Shown: positions 36,595-46,211 of the stretch, piece after piece
Position numbering within the stretch: the first letter of the stretch is position 1
Layout: each line of letters begins with the position of its first letter
NCBI GenBank assembly: GCA_964459995.1
Contig: CAYWOR010000001.1
Location: forward strand, 145,328-209,327
Length of the DNA: 64,000 nucleotides
Direction of reading: 5' to 3'
Source of the DNA: an uncultured bacterium
GTDB taxonomy: Bacteria; UBP14; UBA6098
Translations under genes and position numbers: made by a program
The notes under the pieces: generated by a model
Database searches by the model: none
Seen by the model: the letters and a program-made list of their open reading frames with translations, nothing else
What the model was told of the DNA's origin: nothing

Positions 36595-39390
36595 CTAATC
36601 CCCTAAGCGGATTTTGAAAAGGTTGACGAACCATAGGAATCCGCTTGTCATCGAGATTGTTCCTAACACGATAACAACCATATAGATAGCCTTCAACCAG
36701 TCCTGCGCTTTGAGGGAACCCACCTGAAGCGGGTCCTGAGAGAGATATGCCGAAGCGGCGTAGATTTCCTCGCCAATCAGCGTGTAGTCGCAAGTCGTGA
36801 TGAAGAAGGGAATCTGTGTAACGGCGTCTGTTCCGGCAATCTGAATAGAGCCTGACATCGAGCCGGTCTCGGTTAGGATTAGCGATTCCGCGAAGAACAT
36901 ACCCATATAGAAGTTCGCCGCAGTGCGGAATCTCACCATAAGACCCGCCACCGCCGCGGCATAGGAGAACTGGCTACCGGAGGCGTAGAAAATGTCGTCT
37001 TCGTTGAAGGCATCCGGTCTGCCAGCATCCATGTAGGCCGTTTTGACTGTCTCCTGAGCGATGATGAGCACCAGCGGATCATAGCACGGGACGAGGAGTC
37101 GTGTTTGGAACTCCGCGGTTTTTTTGGCGACTCTGCCCAAAATTGTTAATCCTGCGAGTGTGGCGATATCGGAGATGCTCGAAAGTCCGAGAACGTAGAG
37201 AATAGGTCTTCCCATTTCCGTAGCACGTCCCAGCGCTTCGTCGAGATGCGCGATACCGGCAATCGGGCGAAGATAGAAGTCCTTGCCTTTTCTCGCCGCG
37301 GCCAGGAAATAGTTCACAAATATGATAAAGAGGATGACGAGAACGAGAACGATTGTCTTCTCTTTATGATAGAACTCCGATTTCGGCGTCATTGGGCCGA
37401 AAATCTCGCTGTCGGTGTAGGAGCCGTCCGGAGCGACGACTCTCGCGAAATAGCGATATTCGCCCATATCGCGAAGGCTGTCCGGCCAGTTGTCCTGATG
37501 CTGATTTTCGCGGAGATCCCTTTTGCCGACTCTCTGATAGGTAAGTTTGTTGTTTGGGTCGAAATTCGGCGTTCCTTTGAGGAAGATCTCGCTCTTTTTT
37601 TCTATGGCTGGGTTTCCGCGCCAGACTTCGAGATAATCATCCGGCCCCGGATCGGGGATCATTCCGGTTTGATTAATGTCGTATGTCCGAACGACATGGG
37701 CTTCCGGATTGGTAAGCTCGCGGCCGTTTTTATCGAGGAGAATCACCTCGAAAACATGTTCGCCGGCGGGAAAATCCGGAAGATTCATGAAGCCGAGTTC
37801 CTGATGATCGACAACCCATTTGCCCTCATCGACGCGCATTTTCGCGAAAAATATCTTGTTGTTGTCGTTGAAATATGCGTCGTAGCGGAAGGTAACATTG
37901 AATTTTTTCGCAGGGACGGACTGTTTCGCAGAATGCACTGGGAGAGCGTTTGTGGGGATTTCATCGCCCTCGGCGAAGGACACGAGCTGGTCGCCGACCA
38001 GATAATAGCCCTTCGGCATTTCTATCGGGGTGTAATCAGGAGCGAAGTCCTGAACATTCAGTGTGATGCCCGCCATCGGCAGGCCCCAGCGAAGAGCGAG
38101 GGACTGGCCGTCGTCGTTATCGACGTCATGTAAGTCGAGATCGGTAACCATCGCGGGCTGTTCGAACTTGCCTTCGACCACACCGAAAGGTTCTCCCGTG
38201 GTTCTTTGTCCGGCTTCGTCGATTGTGGCGATATAGAAAAGATCATCGGTCGTGAAATTGCCCTCGAAGATGTTACGCTCGAAATCGGCGTTAAGTTTTG
38301 CGAGGAGTTCTCCGGATTCTCTGAGTGTATCTTCCGGCGAGAATCTGCGGATCTCGTAATGATCGACATCGCGGAAATAGGACAACGCGGGCATTGCTCG
38401 ATTGGAACCGACCCAGGTTATGAGAAGTTTTCCCTGTTCGGGATCGAAAACCGCAGACATCCCAACTGCGGCCATCGGTGGCTCGTCCACAGGTATGAAG
38501 CTCCCTGTGACGGGTTCCGATTCTCTGCCTCTGCTATCTTGCGCGATTATCTTGTAATGATACTCTTCGCCGGCCTTTAGTTTGCGAATTATGAAAGATT
38601 GCAGAACATCCGAGGCTATGCTGTATCTGGCTTTTTCTGTCAGAATTGCAGTAACCTCGTGGCCGTATTTGAAAAGGAATTTGCTTTCCTGTTCGTCGAA
38701 GGGGAGAATCCTCTCGCCTGCATGGACAAAGTCGATTTCCTTTTGAGATGGTCCGACTTCGAGAACCAGCCCGCCGGTGCCTTCCGCAATTGATAATCCG
38801 GCACTGTCCGCTTGAAGACTGGATTTTTGCAAGGTTCTTTGAATATTCGCCAAGGCTTCTTCCGAGGGACTAACCCGGAAATACTTGCCATTGGCGAATT
38901 TCAGCTCGCGCTCATCTTGGCCTTCGGGACAATAGGCGCCTTCTGTGCCGATGATAAGCTCGCCGATATTTTTCAGGGAGTCTCTGTTTTCCGGCGTCGC
39001 AAGAACCACGTGCGCGAAGGGAACGCCGTCCTCGACCTCTTCGAGAACGAGATAGTATTCGCGCTCTAAAATCTTGCAAGCCATCGTGTCTTCGATAGTG
39101 AAAGTGGTGGCCTGAAGGCTTCGCGATAGCGGTTCCAGTTTGTCTAAGTGCTTATCGAGGGATTCCGGATCGGTCGTGTAATAAATGTCGTAGCGACGAG
39201 CAGACGACACGTCGAAATGTCTCCAGCTGACAATCGCGTTCGAACCGTTATCGAACGGGATGTCTGTTATCGACACCTCGACAGGTGGGGAAGGGGCTTC
39301 CCTATCACCTGCACAACCGAGCAATCCGAGACCAAAGCCGATAATGATAAGCAATAATATCGGCAGTGCTCTTACCCGTGGAAGGTGCAT
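36595..39390 (-). CDS. Lipoprotein with Fn3-like extracytoplasmic region and C-terminal DUF6754-type membrane domain
   Basis: Lipobox LLGC. Two DxxxDxGxxxxxxW Fn3 starts. C-terminal LRPIAGI...GRATEMGRP...QIPFFITTCDYTLIGEEIYAASAYLS. Confidence 0.85.
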   Translation of the reverse strand: MHLPRVRALPILLLIIIGFGLGLLGCAGDREAPSPPVEVSITDIPFDNGSNAIVSWRHFDVSSARRYDIYYTTDPESLDKHLDKLEPLSRSLQATTFTIEDTMACKILEREYYLVLEEVEDGVPFAHVVLATPENRDSLKNIGELIIGTEGAYCPEGQDERELKFANGKYFRVSPSEEALANIQRTLQKSSLQADSAGLSIAEGTGGLVLEVGPSQKEIDFVHAGERILPFDEQESKFLFKYGHEVTAILTEKARYSIASDVLQSFIIRKLKAGEEYHYKIIAQDSRGRESEPVTGSFIPVDEPPMAAVGMSAVFDPEQGKLLITWVGSNRAMPALSYFRDVDHYEIRRFSPEDTLRESGELLAKLNADFERNIFEGNFTTDDLFYIATIDEAGQRTTGEPFGVVEGKFEQPAMVTDLDLHDVDNDDGQSLALRWGLPMAGITLNVQDFAPDYTPIEMPKGYYLVGDQLVSFAEGDEIPTNALPVHSAKQSVPAKKFNVTFRYDAYFNDNNKIFFAKMRVDEGKWVVDHQELGFMNLPDFPAGEHVFEVILLDKNGRELTNPEAHVVRTYDINQTGMIPDPGPDDYLEVWRGNPAIEKKSEIFLKGTPNFDPNNKLTYQRVGKRDLRENQHQDNWPDSLRDMGEYRYFARVVAPDGSYTDSEIFGPMTPKSEFYHKEKTIVLVLVILFIIFVNYFLAAARKGKDFYLRPIAGIAHLDEALGRATEMGRPILYVLGLSSISDIATLAGLTILGRVAKKTAEFQTRLLVPCYDPLVLIIAQETVKTAYMDAGRPDAFNEDDIFYASGSQFSYAAAVAGLMVRFRTAANFYMGMFFAESLILTETGSMSGSIQIAGTDAVTQIPFFITTCDYTLIGEEIYAASAYLSQDPLQVGSLKAQDWLKAIYMVVIVLGTISMTSGFLWFVNLFKIRLGD

Positions 39391-39448
39391 CCTCGCTCCT
39401 TTTCTGAGTATCTAATTTATCAATTTAACTTCGATCATTTAACCAACA

Positions 39449-39477
39449 AGAATAAATCGAAAAATTCAGAAACGCAA
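39449..39477 (-). promoter_or_regulatory. Putative internal sigma70 promoter for the four membrane genes
   Basis: TTGCGT-17-TATTCT on the minus strand, overlapping a short hairpin CGCAAG-TGATT-CTTGCG. Confidence 0.45.
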
Positions 39478-39491
39478 GTGATTCTTGCGGT

Positions 39492-40628
39492 TTAGAAATT
39501 TTCGATTGTTTCGACATTTGCGCGAGGGACGATTGCCCTTGCGCCTTCGTCGAATTCGACCTCGAGCACTCTGGCTTTCGATTCGCTCTCGAGGACTCGA
39601 AGCTCCGGCGGCAGAGCTGTAACTTTGCCTATTTTGCCGAAATAGGGGTATCTAATTACCCTAACTTGGCTTCCGATGCTGAGGCCGATTGTCTCTTCCG
39701 TGCCCTCTGGAGTAAACCCTGCGGGAGGTTCGGATTGGGCTATCACAATTTCCGGGCGGATAACACCGGCTCGTATTTGAGTTGCGCCGTTGACGCTTGC
39801 GCCTTTGCCCTCGAATTTTTTTAGTATCTCGAAAGTTCTCTGCGCCATAGGTATTTCGCCGAAACCTTCGGTTGTAACTATTGCCGTGTAAACGTCTTCG
39901 GAGCCGGTGATTGCGACGCCGATGTCATAGCCGAGAATCTGGCGAAGGTCGCGGTCATCGACGCCTCCGGCGACGATGGCCTTCACGCCTATGCTGATGG
40001 CTTTTCTATATGCGCCGGAGGTGATTTTTCTGCCGCAGACGATTACTTTTCCGCGGTGTTCTTCTTTTACCATTTCCTCGGTGAGATCGCCGGTGTTGTC
40101 TTTGGTCAGCACGATAATTTCGCCGAATCTTTCGCCGCCGATTCCGAAAATTCCCTGAATGAATGTCGCATGAGTTGTAATAATGGCGCCCTCATCGGGG
40201 ATAATTTCGGTAACTTCGCCCTCGACATAGGCGGTGGCTTCGATTGGGATAGGCAAAGCGCGGAAAAGAACGTTGCCCGTAACAGGGCTGATAGATTCGA
40301 TTGAACCCTCGAAGGGGGCTTTTACACTTGTTTTGAAGAGTCCCGTGCTGAAAATCCCCTTATTTCTCGCGACAATTTGCCCATCGGTGATTTTGTCGCC
40401 CTCTTTGACCAACATGAAGTATTTTAGGTCTTCGGCATCGCAACCGAGGAGGTTGGCGATGTTCATTTGTTCGACATTTCCCGGAAGATCGGTTTTCGCG
40501 ACAACATCGGTCGGTTTGACCTTGTCGCCGACTTTGGCAACAATCTCGCCCTTCAACGGGAGAATGCGTTTCTTCATAATTTTAGTATATTCCGTGACTT
40601 TAAGACCCGGTGTATATATGTGTCCCAT
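39492..40628 (-). CDS. Conserved hypothetical cytoplasmic protein with barrel-sandwich-hybrid-like repeats and a C-terminal KOW/SH3-like segment
   Basis: VAKVGDKVKPTDVVA, LVKEGDKITDGQIVA, TEGFGEIPM, NGATQIRAGVIRPE, GSQVRVIRYPYFGKIGKV. Confidence 0.85.
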   Translation of the reverse strand: MGHIYTPGLKVTEYTKIMKKRILPLKGEIVAKVGDKVKPTDVVAKTDLPGNVEQMNIANLLGCDAEDLKYFMLVKEGDKITDGQIVARNKGIFSTGLFKTSVKAPFEGSIESISPVTGNVLFRALPIPIEATAYVEGEVTEIIPDEGAIITTHATFIQGIFGIGGERFGEIIVLTKDNTGDLTEEMVKEEHRGKVIVCGRKITSGAYRKAISIGVKAIVAGGVDDRDLRQILGYDIGVAITGSEDVYTAIVTTEGFGEIPMAQRTFEILKKFEGKGASVNGATQIRAGVIRPEIVIAQSEPPAGFTPEGTEETIGLSIGSQVRVIRYPYFGKIGKVTALPPELRVLESESKARVLEVEFDEGARAIVPRANVETIENF

Positions 40629-40637
40629 TTCGCTCTC

Positions 40638-42509
40638 CTATTCCTTTATCAAAGCGCTTTCGGGGTAAACATTCAGCGCGAGAAGCCATTTTGTGAGCGC
40701 TTCGACCCTTTCCTGTTTATCCATCGGGATTTCAATCGGCCTTCCGCGGCCGTCGAGAATAATGCCCACAACGCCGCCATAGACCTCTTTTTCGACCTTT
40801 TTTCCTCCGCCGGCGCCGATATCGAAAGAGCGCGAAGGGGAGAAGCTGATGGTCGCTTTTTTGCCGACAGCGAGATCGAACTTTTTCATCTCTCCGAATT
40901 TAAGCTCGCCCTCGTGGACTTCGCCGTCTTCGGTTTGGATGTGATAATGCCCGACCGAGCCGCCCGGTTTGGTGGTTCCGGCGGGGGATACCGAAGTGCC
41001 GAGATAGATAAGGCAGTCTTTGTGGAAAACCTCGGTTGCGGCCTTTGGGTGTATCGTCGAAAGGACTCCGAGTTGGGGCATCATGAAGATGGAGTCCACT
41101 GCGAGAGTGGTAAAACCCTGCGGTTGGAAAGCGTCGAGAAGCATCATAGCTCCCTGACTGCGTCGTGGCGCGTGCGAGAGAACGCCGCCGGACCCGATGA
41201 GAATATCCAGCCCCATCAGATCGACGATTGTGTCGCTATCGACCTGCTCGAAAGCCTCCGAGATTGTTCTTTGTTTTTGAACACCCTTCAGCGTAGTCGC
41301 GAAATTGCAGTGTTGAATGAAAGCCAGTCTAAGAGCTTCTCGCGCTAAGGCTTGCTCGAAAATGAGTGTTGACATTGCCTGCGGGATGGTTGTGGGGCGC
41401 ACCATTTTGTTCTTCACCTGATTGCGAAGCTCGACCTCGTCGAGATCGTAGGGCACCCATCTCATAATGTTTGCAAGCCCCGCCTCTTTGAAAACATTGC
41501 TAATCGAGTAGCTCATTCCGAGGTTAGCCGATACGGTGCGGTTGAAAATCGTCCGTGGGTTCTCTGATTCGTGCTCGGGTTTGAGGTCGTTATATGAGGG
41601 ATTTTTAAATACGCTGAAAACGTCGGTTGTCGCGCCGCCGATATCGACACCGAGCACCTGAATGTCCTCCTCGTCGGCGACACGTTTCATAATTGCGCCC
41701 ACAGCGCCGGGGGTCGGCATAATCGGGGCGTCGGCCCAGCTCATGAGCTTTTTGTAACCGGGGGCCTGCGCCATCACGTGCTCCATGAAGAGGTTGTGAA
41801 TCATCTCGCGCGCTGGTTTGAGATTTTCCTCTTCGAGCACCGGCCGGATGTTATCCACGATACGGAGATCGACCTTTTCGTCGAGTATTTCTTTGACATT
41901 CTCTCTAGCGCCGACATTTCCGGCATAGATAACCGGAAGCTGATAACCTATTCCGAGCCTCGGTTTTGGGTCAGCGGCGGATATAAGCTCTGCCAGTTCG
42001 ACTACATGGGAGACGGTTCCGCCGTCGATTCCACCGGAGAGCAGGATCATATCCGGTCTCAGCTGGCGAATGCGCTCGATTTGCTCGTGGGGAAGGCGCT
42101 TGTCGTTCGATGCGATTGCGTCCATTACAATCGCGCCCGCACCGAGAGCGGCATGTTCGGCGGATTTTGCGGTCATCGATTTGACAACCCCTGCAACCAT
42201 CATCTGAAGACCGCCGCCGGCGCTGGATGTCGAGATATAGATATCACAGCCCTTTTCGCCTTCACAAGGTCTCATTATTTGATCATTTGCGCCGACGAAC
42301 TTGCGTCTCGCAAGCTCCTCGACCTCTGTAACCGCGTTCAAAACACCCATAGTAACGTCCTCGAAAGGCGCTTCTACAGTGGTTGGCGCCTCGCCACGCA
42401 CTATCAGGCGATATTCCCCGTCCACATACATAATCAAGATAGCCTTAGTGGTGGTGGAGCCGCAGTCCGTTGCGAGGATTACCTTGATATCCTCGGGGTT
42501 CTTACTCAT
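40638..42509 (-). CDS. glmL: GlmL/MutL (glutamate mutase L)-like ASKHA-fold ATPase
   Basis: Phosphate-1 TDCGSTTTK, STSSAGGGL, ALGAGA, LSGGIDGG, MPTPGAV, phosphate-2 VDIGGATTDV, RTVSANLGM, GSGGVL. Confidence 0.85.
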   Translation of the reverse strand: MSKNPEDIKVILATDCGSTTTKAILIMYVDGEYRLIVRGEAPTTVEAPFEDVTMGVLNAVTEVEELARRKFVGANDQIMRPCEGEKGCDIYISTSSAGGGLQMMVAGVVKSMTAKSAEHAALGAGAIVMDAIASNDKRLPHEQIERIRQLRPDMILLSGGIDGGTVSHVVELAELISAADPKPRLGIGYQLPVIYAGNVGARENVKEILDEKVDLRIVDNIRPVLEEENLKPAREMIHNLFMEHVMAQAPGYKKLMSWADAPIMPTPGAVGAIMKRVADEEDIQVLGVDIGGATTDVFSVFKNPSYNDLKPEHESENPRTIFNRTVSANLGMSYSISNVFKEAGLANIMRWVPYDLDEVELRNQVKNKMVRPTTIPQAMSTLIFEQALAREALRLAFIQHCNFATTLKGVQKQRTISEAFEQVDSDTIVDLMGLDILIGSGGVLSHAPRRSQGAMMLLDAFQPQGFTTLAVDSIFMMPQLGVLSTIHPKAATEVFHKDCLIYLGTSVSPAGTTKPGGSVGHYHIQTEDGEVHEGELKFGEMKKFDLAVGKKATISFSPSRSFDIGAGGGKKVEKEVYGGVVGIILDGRGRPIEIPMDKQERVEALTKWLLALNVYPESALIKE

Positions 42510-42846
42510 CTGAACTCCTTTTCTTCTTCTTTGGGCCGTAGAGAGAATCGGCCGCCTCTATTTTTTTCGCAAAAAGCTCCATTGCATCGCGCTTTTGAAA
42601 GGCGCGGCGCAATATTTGAAGCTCTTTGATATTGAACAAATAAACCGTAATCGGTTCGACTAATAGCATCAGCTGACTGCTGACCCAATTTAAGGGTTTG
42701 AAACTTTCGACAAGCATAAGTGCCGGCACAGTTAATCTGCGCTCCACTATCTCTTTTGCAAGTTTCTCAAAAAGCGCGATTTCATCTTCCTGAATCTCAT
42801 CGGAGAATTCTTTGTCCCAATCGACATGCCAGAAATCCTCGCGCAT
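42502..42846 (-). CDS. Hypothetical protein
   Basis: KLAKEIVERRLTVPALMLVESFKPLNWVSSQ. Overlaps the start of the glmL-like gene. Confidence 0.7.
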   Translation of the reverse strand: MREDFWHVDWDKEFSDEIQEDEIALFEKLAKEIVERRLTVPALMLVESFKPLNWVSSQLMLLVEPITVYLFNIKELQILRRAFQKRDAMELFAKKIEAADSLYGPKKKKRSSDE

Positions 42847-42847
42847 A

Positions 42848-43264
42848 TTAGCTTTCCGCCTTTGTATTCGCCTTTTCGACCATTCCGACGATGAAGGATT
42901 TTGCCTCGTCACAAATCACAGGCACCATCCACCCGCGGTAGTTGTCGAGTCTGCGAGGTTTCTCGAAGGGCGACAAGAAAACCGCCCTCTCGCCGATTTC
43001 GACGCGTTTGAACTCGTGCCATTTACGCACGCGCTGAAATCCGAGGAATTTCTCGCCGATGCCGATTTCGTCGGCGTAGTAATAGGTTTTGAAAAAGAAC
43101 TTCGACGACGCGAAGGTCATCATAATCACCGCGGCGAAACCCATTGCATAGTTGCCGTCGGATGCCCATGTCAAAACGATTCCGGAAAGAACGATTATTA
43201 TGACGGCGAACCAGGTTTTGGCTTTGAACTCCTCGGCGGGCCATATTGACCAGGAGTATTTCAT
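42848..43264 (-). CDS. Hypothetical membrane protein (2 TM plus PH-like tail)
   Basis: Two hydrophobic helices followed by RKWHEFKRV...LSPF...RLDNYRG. Tight packing in the operon. Confidence 0.7.
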   Translation of the reverse strand: MKYSWSIWPAEEFKAKTWFAVIIIVLSGIVLTWASDGNYAMGFAAVIMMTFASSKFFFKTYYYADEIGIGEKFLGFQRVRKWHEFKRVEIGERAVFLSPFEKPRRLDNYRGWMVPVICDEAKSFIVGMVEKANTKAES

Positions 43265-43467
43265 TTCGCTTCGATTCGCCCCTTATGGATTCTGTTGACT
43301 TCTTGAAGTAAATCCTCGCCGTCGATGATGCCCTTTTTAATCAAAAGGGTAACGAGCGCTTGATATGTTACATTATTCGACAGTGCAAGTTGTTCGACGG
43401 TAACTTCTTGGACAGTTCCATCCGGTTGCGTTAATTTCAAAATAGCGTTGCTTTTATTTTCTGTCAT
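43261..43467 (-). CDS. Small hypothetical protein
   Basis: 68 aa, ALVTLLIKKGII. Fills the gap exactly, with an ATGA overlap. Confidence 0.65.
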   Translation of the reverse strand: MTENKSNAILKLTQPDGTVQEVTVEQLALSNNVTYQALVTLLIKKGIIDGEDLLQEVNRIHKGRIEAK

Positions 43468-43468
43468 G

Positions 43469-45268
43469 TCAATCGATTCGCCTTGGAGTTTTTCTATCGA
43501 AAATTACTAATGTTGATTTTAGATTTGCCCCGGAGGCATCGAAATCGACCATTCCGCTTGGGCCGGCATAATCGGAAATACCCGAGATGTAGTCCCTTAG
43601 CTGATCCGGAGTGATAGCCCCGCTCGCAAAGCCTTTGCATATAATATTCGCGGCGTCATAGCCATAGGCGGCTATCTGGTCTGGTTCGTAGCCATATGTT
43701 CTGCGGTATTCGCGGGCGAAGCTCTCCCAGCGGGGATTATCCTTGTCCGACCAGAAATTATCCGCGACGACTATCGAGCTGTCGATATATGCGGCGTCCA
43801 TCGTGCGGACATCCTCGATAATCCAGCCGTTAGAGCCGAGAAGTCTTGTTCGAATATAATGGAAAGGGACCTGCGGCAAAATATTAACGAGGTCCTCGAA
43901 ATATGCGGGCACGAAAAGCGCTGGAATATTGACAATCCATTCATCTTCTTTTCGCATCGAGCCGTCGGGTTTGTAAAAGCGTGTATCCGAGGTGTCCGAG
44001 CGGGCAACGAGGCGTTGCATGCGTTTGTAATAGGGTTCTTTTATTGTCTTGAGCTGTTGCGAAAAATCGACTGTGCCATCGGTGTAATATGCCACACTAA
44101 CCAATTCGCCGCCTATCTCGTCGATTTTGCGTGCGAAATTCGCAGTCGCTTTTCTTCCGATTGGGTCGTCTGGCGCGAGAGCCGAGAACTCTGTTATGCC
44201 GAGATTAGTGTGCACCCATTCGACAAGCTTCACCGCTCCGACCGAGGGTGGAGTTGCAATCTGGAAAACATATGGCGAAAGCCCCGCGAGACCGTCCTTG
44301 CTGGCTGTGGGGGTTATCACCGGAATTCTATATTGATCGCAGAACGCGCCGATACCTACCGCGACATCGGATGTAAGCGGGCCGATTGCCGCCACGGGAT
44401 TCCGGCGATTGAAAACACTTCTTGCGGCATATGAGCCGACGAGAACATCCGCGCCGGTATCCTCGATAACGAGATCGATCTTTTTCCGCGATTGGGTTTC
44501 ATACTGCGCGAATGCTAACTTAATGCCGTTTACCATGCTCCGGCCCAAATCGCCGTATTGTCCGGTGGTGGGCGCGAAAACCGCAACAGTGAGGTTATCG
44601 GAAATCTGTTTTGAAATTCGCTCGGAGAGCTTTTTCAGGCTGTCGGCATATTCGCCGTCGGGACGGCGGTTGAGGCTTCGATTGCTTATTTCGAGCGCTC
44701 TCGAGGATTCGCCGGAAAGCTCGTGACGTTTCGCGCGGATATAATCGACAAGCTGAGATGATGAGCCTTCGGCGTAATCGTTCACGATCAGAAGCTGGTC
44801 TTTCGAGAGATACCCCCAAAGCAGATATTCTACTGATTTGCGGGCTATCTGCCGAGTTTGTGCATCGGTGGAGGGGGAGTCGAGAGCGTTGAGAAAGGCT
44901 TTGGCGGCTTCGAGAGTCTGGGCTGATTGATATAGCGCATTGCCGGCATATGTCCACGCGCGTCCCGAGGCTTGATTATCCGGGAATCTACCGGCAAAAT
45001 CGGCGAATTCACGCGAGGCGATATCGTAATCGCCTGCCTTATAAGAACTTAACGCCAGCATATAATAGGTCATCGGATAATAGCGGCTACCGCGGGAATC
45101 GATAAGCAAATCTGAAAAACCGAGATGCGCTTTGGTATAATTTCCCGACCTGAACTCCGCCACCGCCGCGAAAAATCGGCTGTCCAGATACTCCGGGTTG
45201 ACCCATGCCATCGCGGTGAGCGCCGCGAGGAGGATAATGAGGCTAAATTTTCTTATGTCTATGCGCAT
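43469..45268 (-). CDS. TPR + type 1 periplasmic-binding-fold protein (LpoA/LppC-like PBP activator or ABC substrate-binding like)
   Basis: Signal MRIDIRKFSLIILLAALTAMA. TPR helices. VAVFAPTTG, AIGPLTS, LLGSNGW, AAYGYDAA. Confidence 0.8.
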   Translation of the reverse strand: MRIDIRKFSLIILLAALTAMAWVNPEYLDSRFFAAVAEFRSGNYTKAHLGFSDLLIDSRGSRYYPMTYYMLALSSYKAGDYDIASREFADFAGRFPDNQASGRAWTYAGNALYQSAQTLEAAKAFLNALDSPSTDAQTRQIARKSVEYLLWGYLSKDQLLIVNDYAEGSSSQLVDYIRAKRHELSGESSRALEISNRSLNRRPDGEYADSLKKLSERISKQISDNLTVAVFAPTTGQYGDLGRSMVNGIKLAFAQYETQSRKKIDLVIEDTGADVLVGSYAARSVFNRRNPVAAIGPLTSDVAVGIGAFCDQYRIPVITPTASKDGLAGLSPYVFQIATPPSVGAVKLVEWVHTNLGITEFSALAPDDPIGRKATANFARKIDEIGGELVSVAYYTDGTVDFSQQLKTIKEPYYKRMQRLVARSDTSDTRFYKPDGSMRKEDEWIVNIPALFVPAYFEDLVNILPQVPFHYIRTRLLGSNGWIIEDVRTMDAAYIDSSIVVADNFWSDKDNPRWESFAREYRRTYGYEPDQIAAYGYDAANIICKGFASGAITPDQLRDYISGISDYAGPSGMVDFDASGANLKSTLVIFDRKTPRRID

Positions 45269-45749
45269 ATTTAACATAGGCCTCGGCATGATGTTTAAGC
45301 ATTTCGTAATCCTCGTCGGAAAGGTCTCTAAGCTTCTGTGCTGGGACTCCGGCGACGAGAGTGTGCGGCTTGATCTTTTTTCCGGGCGGAATAAGCGCTC
45401 CCGCGCCGACAACCGCTCCGGTTCCGATAACCGCGCCGTCGAGAACAATGGCACCCATTCCGATAAGACAGCGGTCTTCGATTGTGCATGCGTGCAAAAC
45501 CGCGCCGTGTCCCACTGTAACATCCTCGCCGATTATCACAGGGGTGTTAGAATCGACATGGACTGCGCAGAGGTCTTGAATGTTGGATCTCGCGCCGATT
45601 TCGATGTAATTAATATCGCCGCGAAGAACCGAACCATACCATACAGAAGCGTCCTCTGCGATTCTGACATCGCCGATAATCTCCGCACTTTCCGCGACAA
45701 AAGCGGAGCTGTGAACCGATGGGGCTTTGTCTTCAAAATGCATTTCCAT
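45243..45749 (-). CDS. Gamma carbonic anhydrase family protein
   Basis: IIGDVRI...VLRGDIN...SNIQD...VH...VTVGHGAVLHAC hexapeptide repeats. Confidence 0.92.
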   Translation of the reverse strand: MEMHFEDKAPSVHSSAFVAESAEIIGDVRIAEDASVWYGSVLRGDINYIEIGARSNIQDLCAVHVDSNTPVIIGEDVTVGHGAVLHACTIEDRCLIGMGAIVLDGAVIGTGAVVGAGALIPPGKKIKPHTLVAGVPAQKLRDLSDEDYEMLKHHAEAYVKYAHRHKKI

Positions 45750-46211
45750 TTATTCTCCTAAGAAACCTTCCGGTTCGATGCGTCTAAGCCTTTCGTCGAG
45801 ACGGCGTCTTTGCTCGTTGGATTCATCCGCGCTGATAAGCGGGATTTCCTCCGATGCGAAAATAGGTGCGTCCATGCGAAGAGCGAGGGCTATGGAATCG
45901 GAGGGGCGGGCATCGATGACGATAAGCTCGTCCCCTTTCTGCAGATAAAGAAGCGCGTAGTAAATGCTATCGACGAGAGATGTAATAACGACGCGGGTTA
46001 GTTTAGTATTAAGGCCGAGAAGCATGGTTGCGGTGAGGTCGTGGGTCATCGGTCTGCGAGAGGTTCTGTTCGACAGTTTCATTGCAATGGCGAGGGCCTC
46101 CATATTGCCGATCCATATAGGAAGGACCTCGTGCTCGACCGTTTCAAGAAGAATAACAATATCGTTTGTCTTCGTGTCGATAGCGAGTGTGTCGATTGTC
46201 AGAAGATTCAT
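45750..46211 (-). CDS. Bifunctional nuclease family protein (DUF151)
   Basis: LPIWIGNMEA...RPMTHDL...IDARPSDSIALALR. Confidence 0.92.
   Translation of the reverse strand: MNLLTIDTLAIDTKTNDIVILLETVEHEVLPIWIGNMEALAIAMKLSNRTSRRPMTHDLTATMLLGLNTKLTRVVITSLVDSIYYALLYLQKGDELIVIDARPSDSIALALRMDAPIFASEEIPLISADESNEQRRRLDERLRRIEPEGFLGE

Noticed and set aside
40638-42509. Glutamate fermentation (glutamate mutase) locus
   Set aside because: No glmE/glmS, methylaspartate ammonia-lyase or B12-binding gene lies in the window.
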